Source: Hyalangium minutum
GTDB lineage: Bacteria; Myxococcota; Myxococcia; Myxococcales; Myxococcaceae
Direction of reading: 5' to 3'
Length of the DNA: 64,000 nt
NCBI RefSeq assembly: GCF_000737315.1
Contig: NZ_JMCB01000007.1
Coordinates: 1 to 64,000, forward strand
The first letter of the stretch is position 1. Every line of letters begins with the position of its first letter. The notes beneath the pieces were generated by a model. It was not told where the DNA came from. It saw only the letters and a program-made list of their open reading frames with translations, and made no database searches. The translations under genes were made by a program, and so were the position numbers. Shown one piece after another: positions 27,384 through 36,739 of the stretch.

Positions 27384-28823
27384 TCACTGGAGCCCGGCCC
27401 TCCCACCCTCCGGGCTCCGGGCGTCCAGGATCACCTGGCCGTCCTTCATGACGAAGCGGACCTGCTTCAGCGCCCCGATGTCCTTCAATGGGTCGCCCTC
27501 CACCGCGAGCAGGTCCGCGAGCTTGTTCGCCTCGACGGAGCCGATCCGGTCCTGCATGCGGAGCAGCTCCGCCGCGTTCAGGGTGGCCGCGCGCAGCACG
27601 TCCACGGGCTTGACGCCCGCCTCGACGTAGGCGCTGAAGCCTTGCACGCTGGCCTGGCCTCGTGTCAGCCCGGGTATCGCGATGTACATGTCCGAGCCCG
27701 CCGCCAGCCGGACGCCCGCGGCCACCGCGCGCCGGATGCGGTCATTCGCCTTCGTGATGAGCTTCCTGCAGCGCTCCCGCATGCGGCGCTGGCGCTCCGC
27801 GTCGCCGAGCTTGGCGCCGAGGCTGTCGCACTGGTCGATCGGGCCCTCGGTGGGCACCAGGAAGATGCGTTTGCGCGCCATGGGCGCCAGCACATCATCC
27901 GGGAGCGAGTACCCGTGCTCGACGGAGTCGACGCCGGCCTCGACCGCGTTGCGGACGCTCTCATCGGTGGTGGTGTGTGCCGCCACCGGGCGCTTGCTGC
28001 GGTGGGCCTCCTCCACGATGACCTTCAGCTCCTCCACGGAGAGGAGGTTGTGGCCGTTGTCGACGATGACCTTGATGCAGTCCGCGCCGTCGGCGATCGC
28101 CTGCCGCACGGCACGCCGGGCCTCCTCGACGCCCGAGAGGGTGACGTACTCCTGCTCGATGAGGTCCTGAGCCGCGGGCTGGAGCGTGGCGAACTGCCCG
28201 CCGTGCGGCGCGAGCGCGCGCGTGCAGGCGGAGATGCGCGGGCCCCGCACCCAGCCACGCTGGATGGCGTTGCGCAGCGCCACGTCGCCATTGACCCCAG
28301 AGTTGCCGACGTCCCGCACGGTGGTGACGCCCGCCTCGAGCATCTCGAGGCCCAGCTTCACGCCCAGCAGCGCGCGATCGGCGGTGCTCTGCTGAACGAT
28401 GGTGGAGATCATCGCTCCGTCTCCGCTCTCCTCGTGAAGGTCCAGCAGCAGGTGCGAGTGCGCGTCGATCAGTCCGGGCATCAGGGTGACGTTGCCCAGG
28501 TCGATGACCCGAGTTCCCGCAGGAATGGCGAGGCCGGTGCCCACGGCCTGGAGGGTCGAGCCCTCGATGAGCACGACCGCATCCGGGAGGAGCTTGTCGC
28601 TCTTCCCATCGAAGAGCCTCGCGGCGCGCACGGCGATGCGCTGGGGCTCAGGAGCCGCGGCCCCTTGAGCCCACGACAAGCCAGGAATGCCGCAGAGCAC
28701 GACAGCGCCAACGATTGTCTTCAGGAGTTGCCAGGAGAGAGAGGTCAAAGTGTGGCTCCTTTGCGTGGCCTCATGGGAGAGCGGCTTGAGCAGGCGTGTA
28801 CCAGCCCTAAGCACTAGGTCCAA
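27384..28823 (-). CDS. Secreted amidohydrolase (Xaa-Pro dipeptidase-like, metal-dependent)
   Basis: MPGLIDAHSH, GVTTVRDVG, GADCIK, VAAH, SVEHG and AAGSD. A signal peptide ends in SWAQ. The true start is probably downstream of 28823. Confidence 0.9.
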   Translation of the reverse strand: MDLVLRAGTRLLKPLSHEATQRSHTLTSLSWQLLKTIVGAVVLCGIPGLSWAQGAAAPEPQRIAVRAARLFDGKSDKLLPDAVVLIEGSTLQAVGTGLAIPAGTRVIDLGNVTLMPGLIDAHSHLLLDLHEESGDGAMISTIVQQSTADRALLGVKLGLEMLEAGVTTVRDVGNSGVNGDVALRNAIQRGWVRGPRISACTRALAPHGGQFATLQPAAQDLIEQEYVTLSGVEEARRAVRQAIADGADCIKVIVDNGHNLLSVEELKVIVEEAHRSKRPVAAHTTTDESVRNAVEAGVDSVEHGYSLPDDVLAPMARKRIFLVPTEGPIDQCDSLGAKLGDAERQRRMRERCRKLITKANDRIRRAVAAGVRLAAGSDMYIAIPGLTRGQASVQGFSAYVEAGVKPVDVLRAATLNAAELLRMQDRIGSVEANKLADLLAVEGDPLKDIGALKQVRFVMKDGQVILDARSPEGGRAGLQ

Positions 28824-28907
28824 TATCCATGACCTGACACTTTGATTAGGTTCCTCGCTCGCGACAAATGGAACTTCGAGCGAGCCGCGCTCGAAGAAGA
28901 GGAGCCT

Positions 28908-30263
28908 ATGGCGACAAGCGCTGATTTGGACTTAGAGACTGCATACGAGATCGGCTGCGAGGGATACACATATCTCTATCCCATCGTGTTGATGGACGTG
29001 ACGCGCCGGCAGATGACGAACGTCAAGGAGATCGACCTCCCCACCTGGCGAAGCCCGGCCAACGTGTTCATGAATAACCCGACCTTCCCGGGGCCGGAAG
29101 ACCGCACCGTGGTGCGACCCAACTTCGACACGCTCTATTCGAGTGCGTGGCTCGATCTCGTGCGCGAGCCCATGGTCATCAAGGTCCCTGCGTCCGATGG
29201 GCGCTACTACCTCTTGCCCATGCTCGACATGTGGACGGACGTCCTCGCCAGCCCCGGCCCCCGCACGACGGGGACCGCAGCCCAGGAGTTCGTCATCGTC
29301 GGCCCGGGGTGGAGCGGGACGATCAACCCGGCCCTGAACCTGCAACGGATCGACGCGTCGACGCCGTATGTCTGGATCATCGGACGAACGCAGTGCAACG
29401 GTGAATCGGACTACGCCAGCGTGCACGAGTTCCAGAATGGCCTCCAGATCATCCCTTACTCCGCCTACGAGGCCGGGCAGCCGCCGCCGCCGCCCATCGG
29501 GTCAGACACCGATGACATCAGCCTCGAAGAGCCGTTGGTGATCGTAGAGAAGATGACGCCCGAGGCGTTCTTCGCCTATGGCGCGGACCTGATGCGCCAG
29601 AATCCAGCGCACTTCAATGACTACCCCATCCTCGCGCGTCTGGCGCGGGCAGGCTTCGTGGCGGGCCAGCCGTTCGACCTGAACGCAGCCCCTGCGGCGG
29701 TGCAAGACGCCTTCAGGAGAGCGGCCCCCGATGCCCTCGCCCGGATGAAGGAGAAGCAACTCACCCTCACGCCGCTGACGAATGGCTGGGTATACCCGAA
29801 CGAGATGATGGGGACCTACGGGACGAGCTACCTCCGCCGCGCGATCATTGCCCTGATCGGACTGGGAGCGAATCTCCCGGAGGACGCAATCTACCCGACC
29901 GCCTACGTGGATTCCATGAGCACCGCGCTGGACAGCGCCGAGCGTTACACGCTGCGCTTCGAGGCCAACAGCCTGCCACCGGTGAACGCCTTCTGGTCCG
30001 TGACGCTGTACGACGAGCAGGGATTCCAGGTCCCGAACGCCATCAACCGCTTCTCGCTGGGCACGCGAAACAACCTGGCCGAGTCCGATGGCTACGTGAC
30101 GTTGTACGTCGAGCGCTCCATGGACGAGGCCGATCCGAGGCGGTCGAACTGGCTGCCGGCACCACAGCAGGGCGTGTTCAACCTCACCCTGAGGCTGTAC
30201 TCGCCGAAGCAGGAGGCGATCAATGCAGATTGGCACCCGCCCGCGATCTCGCGAGCGACGTGA
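28908..30263 (+). CDS. DUF1254/DUF1214 domain protein
   Basis: VVRPNFDTLYSSAWLDL, RYYLLPMLDMWT, GLGANLPEDAIYP and PPVNAFWSVTLYD. RBS GAGGAG. Confidence 0.92.
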   Translation: MATSADLDLETAYEIGCEGYTYLYPIVLMDVTRRQMTNVKEIDLPTWRSPANVFMNNPTFPGPEDRTVVRPNFDTLYSSAWLDLVREPMVIKVPASDGRYYLLPMLDMWTDVLASPGPRTTGTAAQEFVIVGPGWSGTINPALNLQRIDASTPYVWIIGRTQCNGESDYASVHEFQNGLQIIPYSAYEAGQPPPPPIGSDTDDISLEEPLVIVEKMTPEAFFAYGADLMRQNPAHFNDYPILARLARAGFVAGQPFDLNAAPAAVQDAFRRAAPDALARMKEKQLTLTPLTNGWVYPNEMMGTYGTSYLRRAIIALIGLGANLPEDAIYPTAYVDSMSTALDSAERYTLRFEANSLPPVNAFWSVTLYDEQGFQVPNAINRFSLGTRNNLAESDGYVTLYVERSMDEADPRRSNWLPAPQQGVFNLTLRLYSPKQEAINADWHPPAISRAT

Positions 30264-30274
30264 CCACCACTGAC

Positions 30275-30526
30275 ATGCGCTCACCTGAGATTCCACATCG
30301 CCTGGGGTGGCTGAACTCCTGGTCTACCGCCACCGCGCAGGCCATCGGGTTCCCGACTCCTGCTTGCGACGCCGAGTTGCTCACGCGGGCGCGGCGCAAG
30401 CCGTCGGGCGGGTGAATCGTGCAGCTCACGGATACGCCGCTCGACCTCGACAACCCCGCCCACTTGGGCGCGCTGAGGCGGGGCTACGAGCGGTTCCCGG
30501 AGATCGGCGGGCGCGCGGCATCTTGA
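30275..30526 (+). pseudogene. DUF5953-family (myxobacterial immunity-like) C-terminal fragment
   Basis: SPEIPHRLGWLNSWS...IGFP...DAELLTRARR..GG*IVQLTDTPLDLDNPAHL...YERFPEIGGR. An internal TGA at 30413-30415 sits where Trp is expected, and the 5' region is missing. Confidence 0.8.
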
Positions 30527-30669
30527 CCGCGGATCCCATCGGGCTTCGCGCCCTGCGCTGCCGCTATGCCGCACTGCACTATCGGTTTCAGAGACTCACA
30601 CTCTTGGAATGCGCGAAAGAACCTGCTTGGGTAGAGACCTGAATCACCCCTCATGTTCCGGAGTGCACG

Positions 30670-32526
30670 ATGCGCGTATCGAGAGTCCCGGTAGAGATGC
30701 GGTGGCTGGTGGCGGCAGTGGCGGTGGTGACGGGCTGTGGTCCCGAGGAGTCCCTGGAGGAGCGGGAGGCGCCTTCGCTGGCCACCCAGCGCGCGGGGCT
30801 GACGCAGGTGACGAGCTTTGGCACCAACCCTGGCAACCTGAACATGTACAAGTATGTGCCGGCTGGGGTGCCCGCCAACGCGCCGCTGGTGGTGGCGCTG
30901 CACGGCTGTTCGCAGACCGCCACCGCCTACGAGGGCGCCGGGTGGAACAAGCTGGCGGACCTGAAGGGCTTCTACGTGCTCTACCCGGAGCAGAAGAGCG
31001 CCAACAACTCCTCCGGCTGCTTCAACTGGTTCGAGGTGGGGGACATTGCCCGCGGTCAGGGCGAGGCGCTGTCCATCAAGCAGATGGTGGACAAGATGAA
31101 GGCGGATCACTCCATCGACAGCTCGCGCGTGTTCATTACGGGCCTGTCCGCGGGCGCGGCGATGACCGGCGTGATGGCGGCCGCCTATCCGGACGTCTTC
31201 TCCGGAGCGGCCATCATGGCGGGCATCCCCTATAAGTGTGCCACGTCGATGACGGGCGGCTTCAGCTGTATGAGCCCGGGCACGGACAAGACGCCCGCCC
31301 AGTGGGGTGATTTGGTGCGCGGCGCCTACTCGGGCTACGCGGGGCCCTGGCCGAAGATCTCCATCTGGCACGGCACCTCGGACTTCACCGTGAAGACGAT
31401 GAACGCCACCGAGCAGATGGAGCAGTGGACGAACGTGCACGGCATCGACCAGACGGCGGACGTGAGCGAGACGGTGGCTGGCTTCCCCCACAAGGTCTAC
31501 AAGGACGGCGCGGGCGTGGCGCGCGTGGAGACGTACGAACTGACGGGCATGGGGCACGGCACGGCGGTGGATCCGCAGTTCTCCTTCCCCGGCTCGGCGG
31601 TGGGGTGTGGCACGGCGGGCTCGTACATCCTGGATGTGAACATCTGCTCCACGTGGTACGCGGCGAGCTTCTTCGGCCTGGCCTCGGGAGGCGGGGGAGG
31701 CGGGGACACCACGGCCCCCACCGTCAACGTGACGGCGCCGGCCAGCGGGGCCACCGTGAGCAGCACCGTGACGATCACCGCCAGTGCCTCGGATGCCGTG
31801 GGGGTGAGCCGGGTGGAGTTCTTCGTGGACGGCGCGCTGGTGGGCACCGACACGGCTTCGCCCTATTCCTTCGCGTGGAACTCGGCCTCGGTGGCCAATG
31901 GCAGCCACGCGCTGATGGCCAAGGCCTATGACGCCGCAGGCAACGTGGGCACCGACAATGACACCTCCGTGACGGTGAGCAACACGGGCGGGTCGACGAC
32001 CACGACGGTGACCTTCAACAGCATCTCCGCCGAGGATGGGTACGTGAAGGCCAACGCGGACGGCAGCTCGCCCGCACTGGGCACCTTGACCAGCTTGGCG
32101 GTGGGCCGCGGGACGGACGGCAAGCAGAACCGGACGCTGTTGTCCTTCGACACCTCCTCGCTGCCGGACACGGCGGTGGTGGTGCGGGCCTATGTGAAGG
32201 TGACGTGGTCCTCGGGCATGGGAGACCCCTGGAGCAACCCCGCGGGTAACACCCTGCTGGTGGACGTGAAGAACGGCACCTTTGGCGCGGCGGGCACGGA
32301 GACCACGGACTTCACGGCCGCGCCCACGGCGAGCGGCGTGGCGAGCATCGCGCAGTTCTCCACGGGCTCGAAGACGTCCTCGGACTTCAGCTCCGCGGGG
32401 CTGTCCTCGATCAACAGCACCGGCCGCACGCAGCTCAAGCTGCGCTTCTCGGTGGACCCGAGCACCACCCAGTACGCCTTCTTCACCGAGGGCGCGGGCG
32501 CCGTGCTGACGGTGGAGTACCAGTAG
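30670..32526 (+). CDS. Extracellular PHB depolymerase-family esterase lipoprotein with Ig-like and C-terminal binding domain
   Basis: FGTNPGNLNMY, LVVALHGC oxyanion motif, CFNWF, lipase box GLSAGA, WHGTSD and GMGHG. These are followed by a DTTAPTV Big-like domain. Confidence 0.9.
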   Translation: MRVSRVPVEMRWLVAAVAVVTGCGPEESLEEREAPSLATQRAGLTQVTSFGTNPGNLNMYKYVPAGVPANAPLVVALHGCSQTATAYEGAGWNKLADLKGFYVLYPEQKSANNSSGCFNWFEVGDIARGQGEALSIKQMVDKMKADHSIDSSRVFITGLSAGAAMTGVMAAAYPDVFSGAAIMAGIPYKCATSMTGGFSCMSPGTDKTPAQWGDLVRGAYSGYAGPWPKISIWHGTSDFTVKTMNATEQMEQWTNVHGIDQTADVSETVAGFPHKVYKDGAGVARVETYELTGMGHGTAVDPQFSFPGSAVGCGTAGSYILDVNICSTWYAASFFGLASGGGGGGDTTAPTVNVTAPASGATVSSTVTITASASDAVGVSRVEFFVDGALVGTDTASPYSFAWNSASVANGSHALMAKAYDAAGNVGTDNDTSVTVSNTGGSTTTTVTFNSISAEDGYVKANADGSSPALGTLTSLAVGRGTDGKQNRTLLSFDTSSLPDTAVVVRAYVKVTWSSGMGDPWSNPAGNTLLVDVKNGTFGAAGTETTDFTAAPTASGVASIAQFSTGSKTSSDFSSAGLSSINSTGRTQLKLRFSVDPSTTQYAFFTEGAGAVLTVEYQ

Positions 32527-32544
32527 CGTCCCGCGGAGAGCTGC

Positions 32545-34611
32545 TCAGATGTTGATGCGGGAGCTCACCGTCCCGATGTCCAGGCCCCACGCTGCGAAGT
32601 TCGCGGCGTGGGAGCGCAGCAGCTCCGCGAGCCTTGGGTGCACGTCACTCTCTTCGTTGGCCACGATGAAGCCGTAGTTGGTCTTGGACAACATCCAGGA
32701 GATCCACAGCATCTCGGTGGCTCGATCCGGGGCGGGAGCCACCTCGGCATCATCCTCGCCCACGAGGATGCCTTCCTTGCCCCAGCGGAGACCCAGGCAG
32801 GAGTACAGCACCTCGCCCGCGTCCTCCCACTGGAGGTTGTTGGCCCAGGCGTGCCGGAACGTGGCGAAGTAGATGACGTAGCGGCACAGCTGCTTGAGCG
32901 CCTCCAGCTCGCCGGGCTGGGGAACATCGGTCTGGGTCACCGGGCTGATGGCCTTCGGTGCCGGGTCGGCTGCCTTCTCGTCCAGGTTCATGCGCTCGGA
33001 GCGCACGAACCACGGGGCATCCTTTCCCGCGATCCGCGCCCGCAGATAGCGGCACACGAAGGCGGGCACCGAGTGAGCCACCAGCTCGTCCGAGAGGCGC
33101 CGCACCTCCAGCCAGTGGGCCTCCACCGCGCTGCCGTGCTCGGCGAAGAACGCGTCGATGTGCTCTCCCAGTAGCCGCCAGAACAGCTGCGCGGCGTGGC
33201 CGTAGCGGTGCCCCTCGCACACGGGCGCCGCGGGCGCGAAGCCCCGCCAGTCATAGCTGCCCAGCAGATGCTGGAGCCGCGTCTCCACGCCCCGCTCCGT
33301 CAACGCGCTGGCGCGGGTGATGTAGCCATGGGGTCCGACCAGGAAGCTGCTCGCGGAGTGGTTGATCAGCACCACTTCACGCAGGTGAGGCATGAGCAGC
33401 CAGCGCAGCGGGTTCCGCCGCAGGTTGCGGTGCGCGGCGATGGCGTACTGCTCGACGTTGAGGTGGCACTGCCCCAGGTGGTTGCCCAGCTCCGTGTCCA
33501 GCGTGGCGCTCACCCGCGCCATCCGCTTGGCGGCCTCCCACTGGGCGCCATCCGAGGGCGTGAAGGTCTGGCGCGTCACGGGTGAGTGGGCAGCCTTGGC
33601 TCCCATCTCCCGCAGCCCCAGGATGATGCGCATGGGCATCAAGCGCCCCTCCACCAGCCGCAGCCGCACGTCCACGTCCGGGAGACAGTGGATGCCGTCC
33701 TGCTCGTAGGCGTTCCAGGGGAAGTAGAGCCGGAAGGCGTGTGGATCGCCGGAGACTTCGGGATCCCGGTCCAGGATCGTCGAGAACATGCCGTTGAGCA
33801 GGCGCTCGCCGAAGTAGGCGTCACTGCGCGTGGAGCCCGGAGACTGCCGCTCCAGGCGCATGGTGGTGCTCTCAGGGTAGTCGGCCTGCACCTCCGCCAG
33901 GCTGGGCGCGTGCCCCAGGCGGACCCGGAGCAGGTGCTGCCGCTTCACGAGCTCGATGGGCGCCACGGCCTTGAGCATCGCCATCGAGCGCCCCGGGGCG
34001 TACGCCGTCGGGGGCGTGCCCTCCTCGGTGACGAGCAGCCGGGCCAGCGGCGCCGCTGGGTCGTATTCCCAGTAGGGCAGCCGCAGGGTGCCGAAGTCGT
34101 AGAAGAGTCCGCCGTGGTCGTCGGGGCCTCGCTCCGAGCCGATGCGCCGCCAGCTCTCCACCACCCGCCCATCCTTGCGGAAGGTGTGCTGGGGCTCGAA
34201 GAAGCGGAGCTCGAGATCCGGCAGATCGCCCATCCCTGCATCGGCGGGGTCGTAGCGGATCTCGAAGCGCCCCTCGCTGTCCGTGAAGCCCTCGCCCAGG
34301 TAGTCGTCGGGAGAGCCCGGGTCCCGGTCCCACAGCTCGATCTTGAGGTGGTGCAGCGGGAGGGGGCCTTGGGGACCGTCCTGCTCGAAGACGAGGCGGC
34401 CCACGGCGACGGCAGGCAAGGTCGCGGGATCCCGGACGGCCTGAGGACGGCGCACGCGTGGCGCCAGCTCGCGGCTGACGGCCATCCGTTCCTCGGGCGT
34501 CAGGCTCGTGTACCACCGGGTCAGCTCTTCGGGATCGAGGAGGTCTGGCTCGGCCTCTCGAGCCGCAAGGCCCAAGGAAGCGAGCAGGCGGCGGAATGCG
34601 GCAAGCACCAT
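32545..34611 (-). CDS. Lipoxygenase-like protein with N-terminal transthyretin-like domain
   Basis: Metal ligands HLGQCH and FRHAWAN, and C-terminal SRINI. The N-terminal KIELWDRD...DDYLGEGFTDSEGRF is a prealbumin-like motif. Confidence 0.85.
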   Translation of the reverse strand: MVLAAFRRLLASLGLAAREAEPDLLDPEELTRWYTSLTPEERMAVSRELAPRVRRPQAVRDPATLPAVAVGRLVFEQDGPQGPLPLHHLKIELWDRDPGSPDDYLGEGFTDSEGRFEIRYDPADAGMGDLPDLELRFFEPQHTFRKDGRVVESWRRIGSERGPDDHGGLFYDFGTLRLPYWEYDPAAPLARLLVTEEGTPPTAYAPGRSMAMLKAVAPIELVKRQHLLRVRLGHAPSLAEVQADYPESTTMRLERQSPGSTRSDAYFGERLLNGMFSTILDRDPEVSGDPHAFRLYFPWNAYEQDGIHCLPDVDVRLRLVEGRLMPMRIILGLREMGAKAAHSPVTRQTFTPSDGAQWEAAKRMARVSATLDTELGNHLGQCHLNVEQYAIAAHRNLRRNPLRWLLMPHLREVVLINHSASSFLVGPHGYITRASALTERGVETRLQHLLGSYDWRGFAPAAPVCEGHRYGHAAQLFWRLLGEHIDAFFAEHGSAVEAHWLEVRRLSDELVAHSVPAFVCRYLRARIAGKDAPWFVRSERMNLDEKAADPAPKAISPVTQTDVPQPGELEALKQLCRYVIYFATFRHAWANNLQWEDAGEVLYSCLGLRWGKEGILVGEDDAEVAPAPDRATEMLWISWMLSKTNYGFIVANEESDVHPRLAELLRSHAANFAAWGLDIGTVSSRINI

Positions 34612-34690
34612 GCTCGGGGGACCCTACCATGTCTTGCAGTGAACGTTCCCACCGACCTACCCTCACGCGCCGCAACATGCAGGGGGCTTC

Positions 34691-36718
34691 ATGACGGTCG
34701 AGTACACGCTCACGATTCGCACGGGCTCGCGGTTTGGCGCCGGGACGAACGCTGCGATCTCCGTGGCCTTGGTGGGCACGGAGGGCGAGAGCGAGCAGCA
34801 CACGTTGGACAAGCGGTTCCACAATGACTTCGAGGCGGGCGCGGAGGACGTCTACACGGTCAAGACCCGCGAGCTGGGCGAGCTGCTGCTGCTGCGGTTC
34901 ACCAACCCCGGAGGCGTCGCGGGCGATTGGCTCCTGGATCTGGTGCGCGTCACTGCGGGCGAGCGGAGTTGGTATTTTCCCTACCATCGGTGGATCCTGA
35001 GCGGCGCCTCGGCCGAGGTCCTCGAGGGCACGGCGCGGCTGCCGCAGCAGGTGCGCAACGAGCGGGCAGCGTCGGCGCGGCTCGAGCAACTGATGCACCG
35101 CCAGCGGATGTATGTCTGGCGCCCGGCCGAGGCGACCGCCGGCCTGCCTGGAGCGCTCGACATCAGCCAGGAGCGGCCGCTCCCGAAGGACGAGCTCTAC
35201 CGGGGCCTGACGGATGGCAGCTACGAGGTCGTCATCGCCAAGACGCTCGCGGCGATCAAGCTGAACCTGCCTGTGCTCACCAAGGCCTGGAACGGGCTGG
35301 TGGACATCTTCCACTTCTTCAAGAGCCTTGAGCTGCCGCAGCTGTCCCAGCGGTGGAAGGACGACTACGAGTTCGCTCGCCAGGCCGTGCAGGGGATCAG
35401 CCCCGTCCACATCCAGAGCATCACGGCGCTGCCGCAGGGACTCCGGCTGCCGGAGGGGGAGCTGCGCGGGGTGCTCTCGCCGGGCCACTCGCTGGAGCAG
35501 GCACTCGCGGCGAAGCGGATCTTCCTGCTCGACTTCGAGATCCTCGAAGGCATCCCCATGTTCCGGAAGGTGGACAAGGACGGGAGCGAGGAGCGGCGCT
35601 GGGCGCCGGCGGCCCGGTGCCTCCTGTACCTGGATGACACCCGCCAGCTCCGGCCCATCGCCATCCAGCTCGGCCGGGATCCGGAGAAGGACCCGGTGTT
35701 CACGCCCAACGACGCGGAGCACGACTGGCTGGCCGCGAAGATCTTCGTCCGCTGCAGCGAGGGGAACACGCACCAGATGGTGGGGCACGCGCTGCGGACC
35801 CACTTCGTGGCGGAGCCGTTCGTCATGGCGACGATGCGCAACCTCCCGGATCCGCACCCCGTCTACAAGCTGCTGCGCCGCCACTTCCGCTACACCCTGG
35901 CGATCAACGAGGGAGCGCGCAAAGGCCTGCTCGCCGAGGGCGGCGTGTTCGACGACTTCATCGCTACGGGCGGGCCCGACAAGGGCCACTTGGAGCTCGG
36001 CAAGAAGGGCTACCAGCGCTGGAAGCTGTCGGACAACAAGCCGCGGCCGGACTTCGAGCGCCGCGGCGTCCTGGATCCCGCCGTCCTCCCGTACTACCCC
36101 TACCGGGACGATGCGCTGCGGCTGTGGGACGCGATCGAGGAGTACGTGGGTGGTGTGCTCCATCACTTTTATCTGTCCAACGCGGACCTCGCGGCTGACA
36201 CGGAGCTGCAGGCGTGGTGGGCGGACCTCACCCAGCGGGGGCTGCCCGTCGAGAAGCTCCCGTGTGCGGAGCTGAAGCGGGTGGAGGACCTCGTGGACAT
36301 CCTGGCCACCGTCATCTTCACGGTGAGCGTCCAGCACGCCGCGGTGAACTACCTTCAGTACGAGCACTACGGCTTCGTGCCGAACGCGCCGCTGTGCATG
36401 CGTCAGGCGCCGCCCCAGGAGAAGGGGAAGCTGAAGGCGGAAGACATCATCGAGATGATTCCGAGCAAGTCCCAGACGCTCTGGCAGATCGCCATTGGCC
36501 GGGCGCTCTCCAGCTTCGGGGATGACGAGGAGTACCTGCTCCACGAGGGCGGGTGGCGCGAGGATTACTTCCAGGAGCCCGAGCTGGCCGTGATCCGCAA
36601 GCGGTTCCACGAGCGGCTGCGCGCCCAGCTCGCCGCGGTGAAGGAGCGCAACTCCCAGAGCGAGGTCCCCTACACCGTCCTCCAGGCCGATCGCATCCCC
36701 TGCGGCATCACCGTCTGA
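34691..36718 (+). CDS. Lipoxygenase with N-terminal PLAT domain
   Basis: PLAT motif (TIRTGSRFGAGT...GDWLL), WLAAK, HQMVGHALRTH, INEGAR, QHAAVN and C-terminal IPCGITV. Confidence 0.95.
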   Translation: MTVEYTLTIRTGSRFGAGTNAAISVALVGTEGESEQHTLDKRFHNDFEAGAEDVYTVKTRELGELLLLRFTNPGGVAGDWLLDLVRVTAGERSWYFPYHRWILSGASAEVLEGTARLPQQVRNERAASARLEQLMHRQRMYVWRPAEATAGLPGALDISQERPLPKDELYRGLTDGSYEVVIAKTLAAIKLNLPVLTKAWNGLVDIFHFFKSLELPQLSQRWKDDYEFARQAVQGISPVHIQSITALPQGLRLPEGELRGVLSPGHSLEQALAAKRIFLLDFEILEGIPMFRKVDKDGSEERRWAPAARCLLYLDDTRQLRPIAIQLGRDPEKDPVFTPNDAEHDWLAAKIFVRCSEGNTHQMVGHALRTHFVAEPFVMATMRNLPDPHPVYKLLRRHFRYTLAINEGARKGLLAEGGVFDDFIATGGPDKGHLELGKKGYQRWKLSDNKPRPDFERRGVLDPAVLPYYPYRDDALRLWDAIEEYVGGVLHHFYLSNADLAADTELQAWWADLTQRGLPVEKLPCAELKRVEDLVDILATVIFTVSVQHAAVNYLQYEHYGFVPNAPLCMRQAPPQEKGKLKAEDIIEMIPSKSQTLWQIAIGRALSSFGDDEEYLLHEGGWREDYFQEPELAVIRKRFHERLRAQLAAVKERNSQSEVPYTVLQADRIPCGITV

Positions 36719-36739
36719 GCCGCCTCGAAAGATCCTCCT

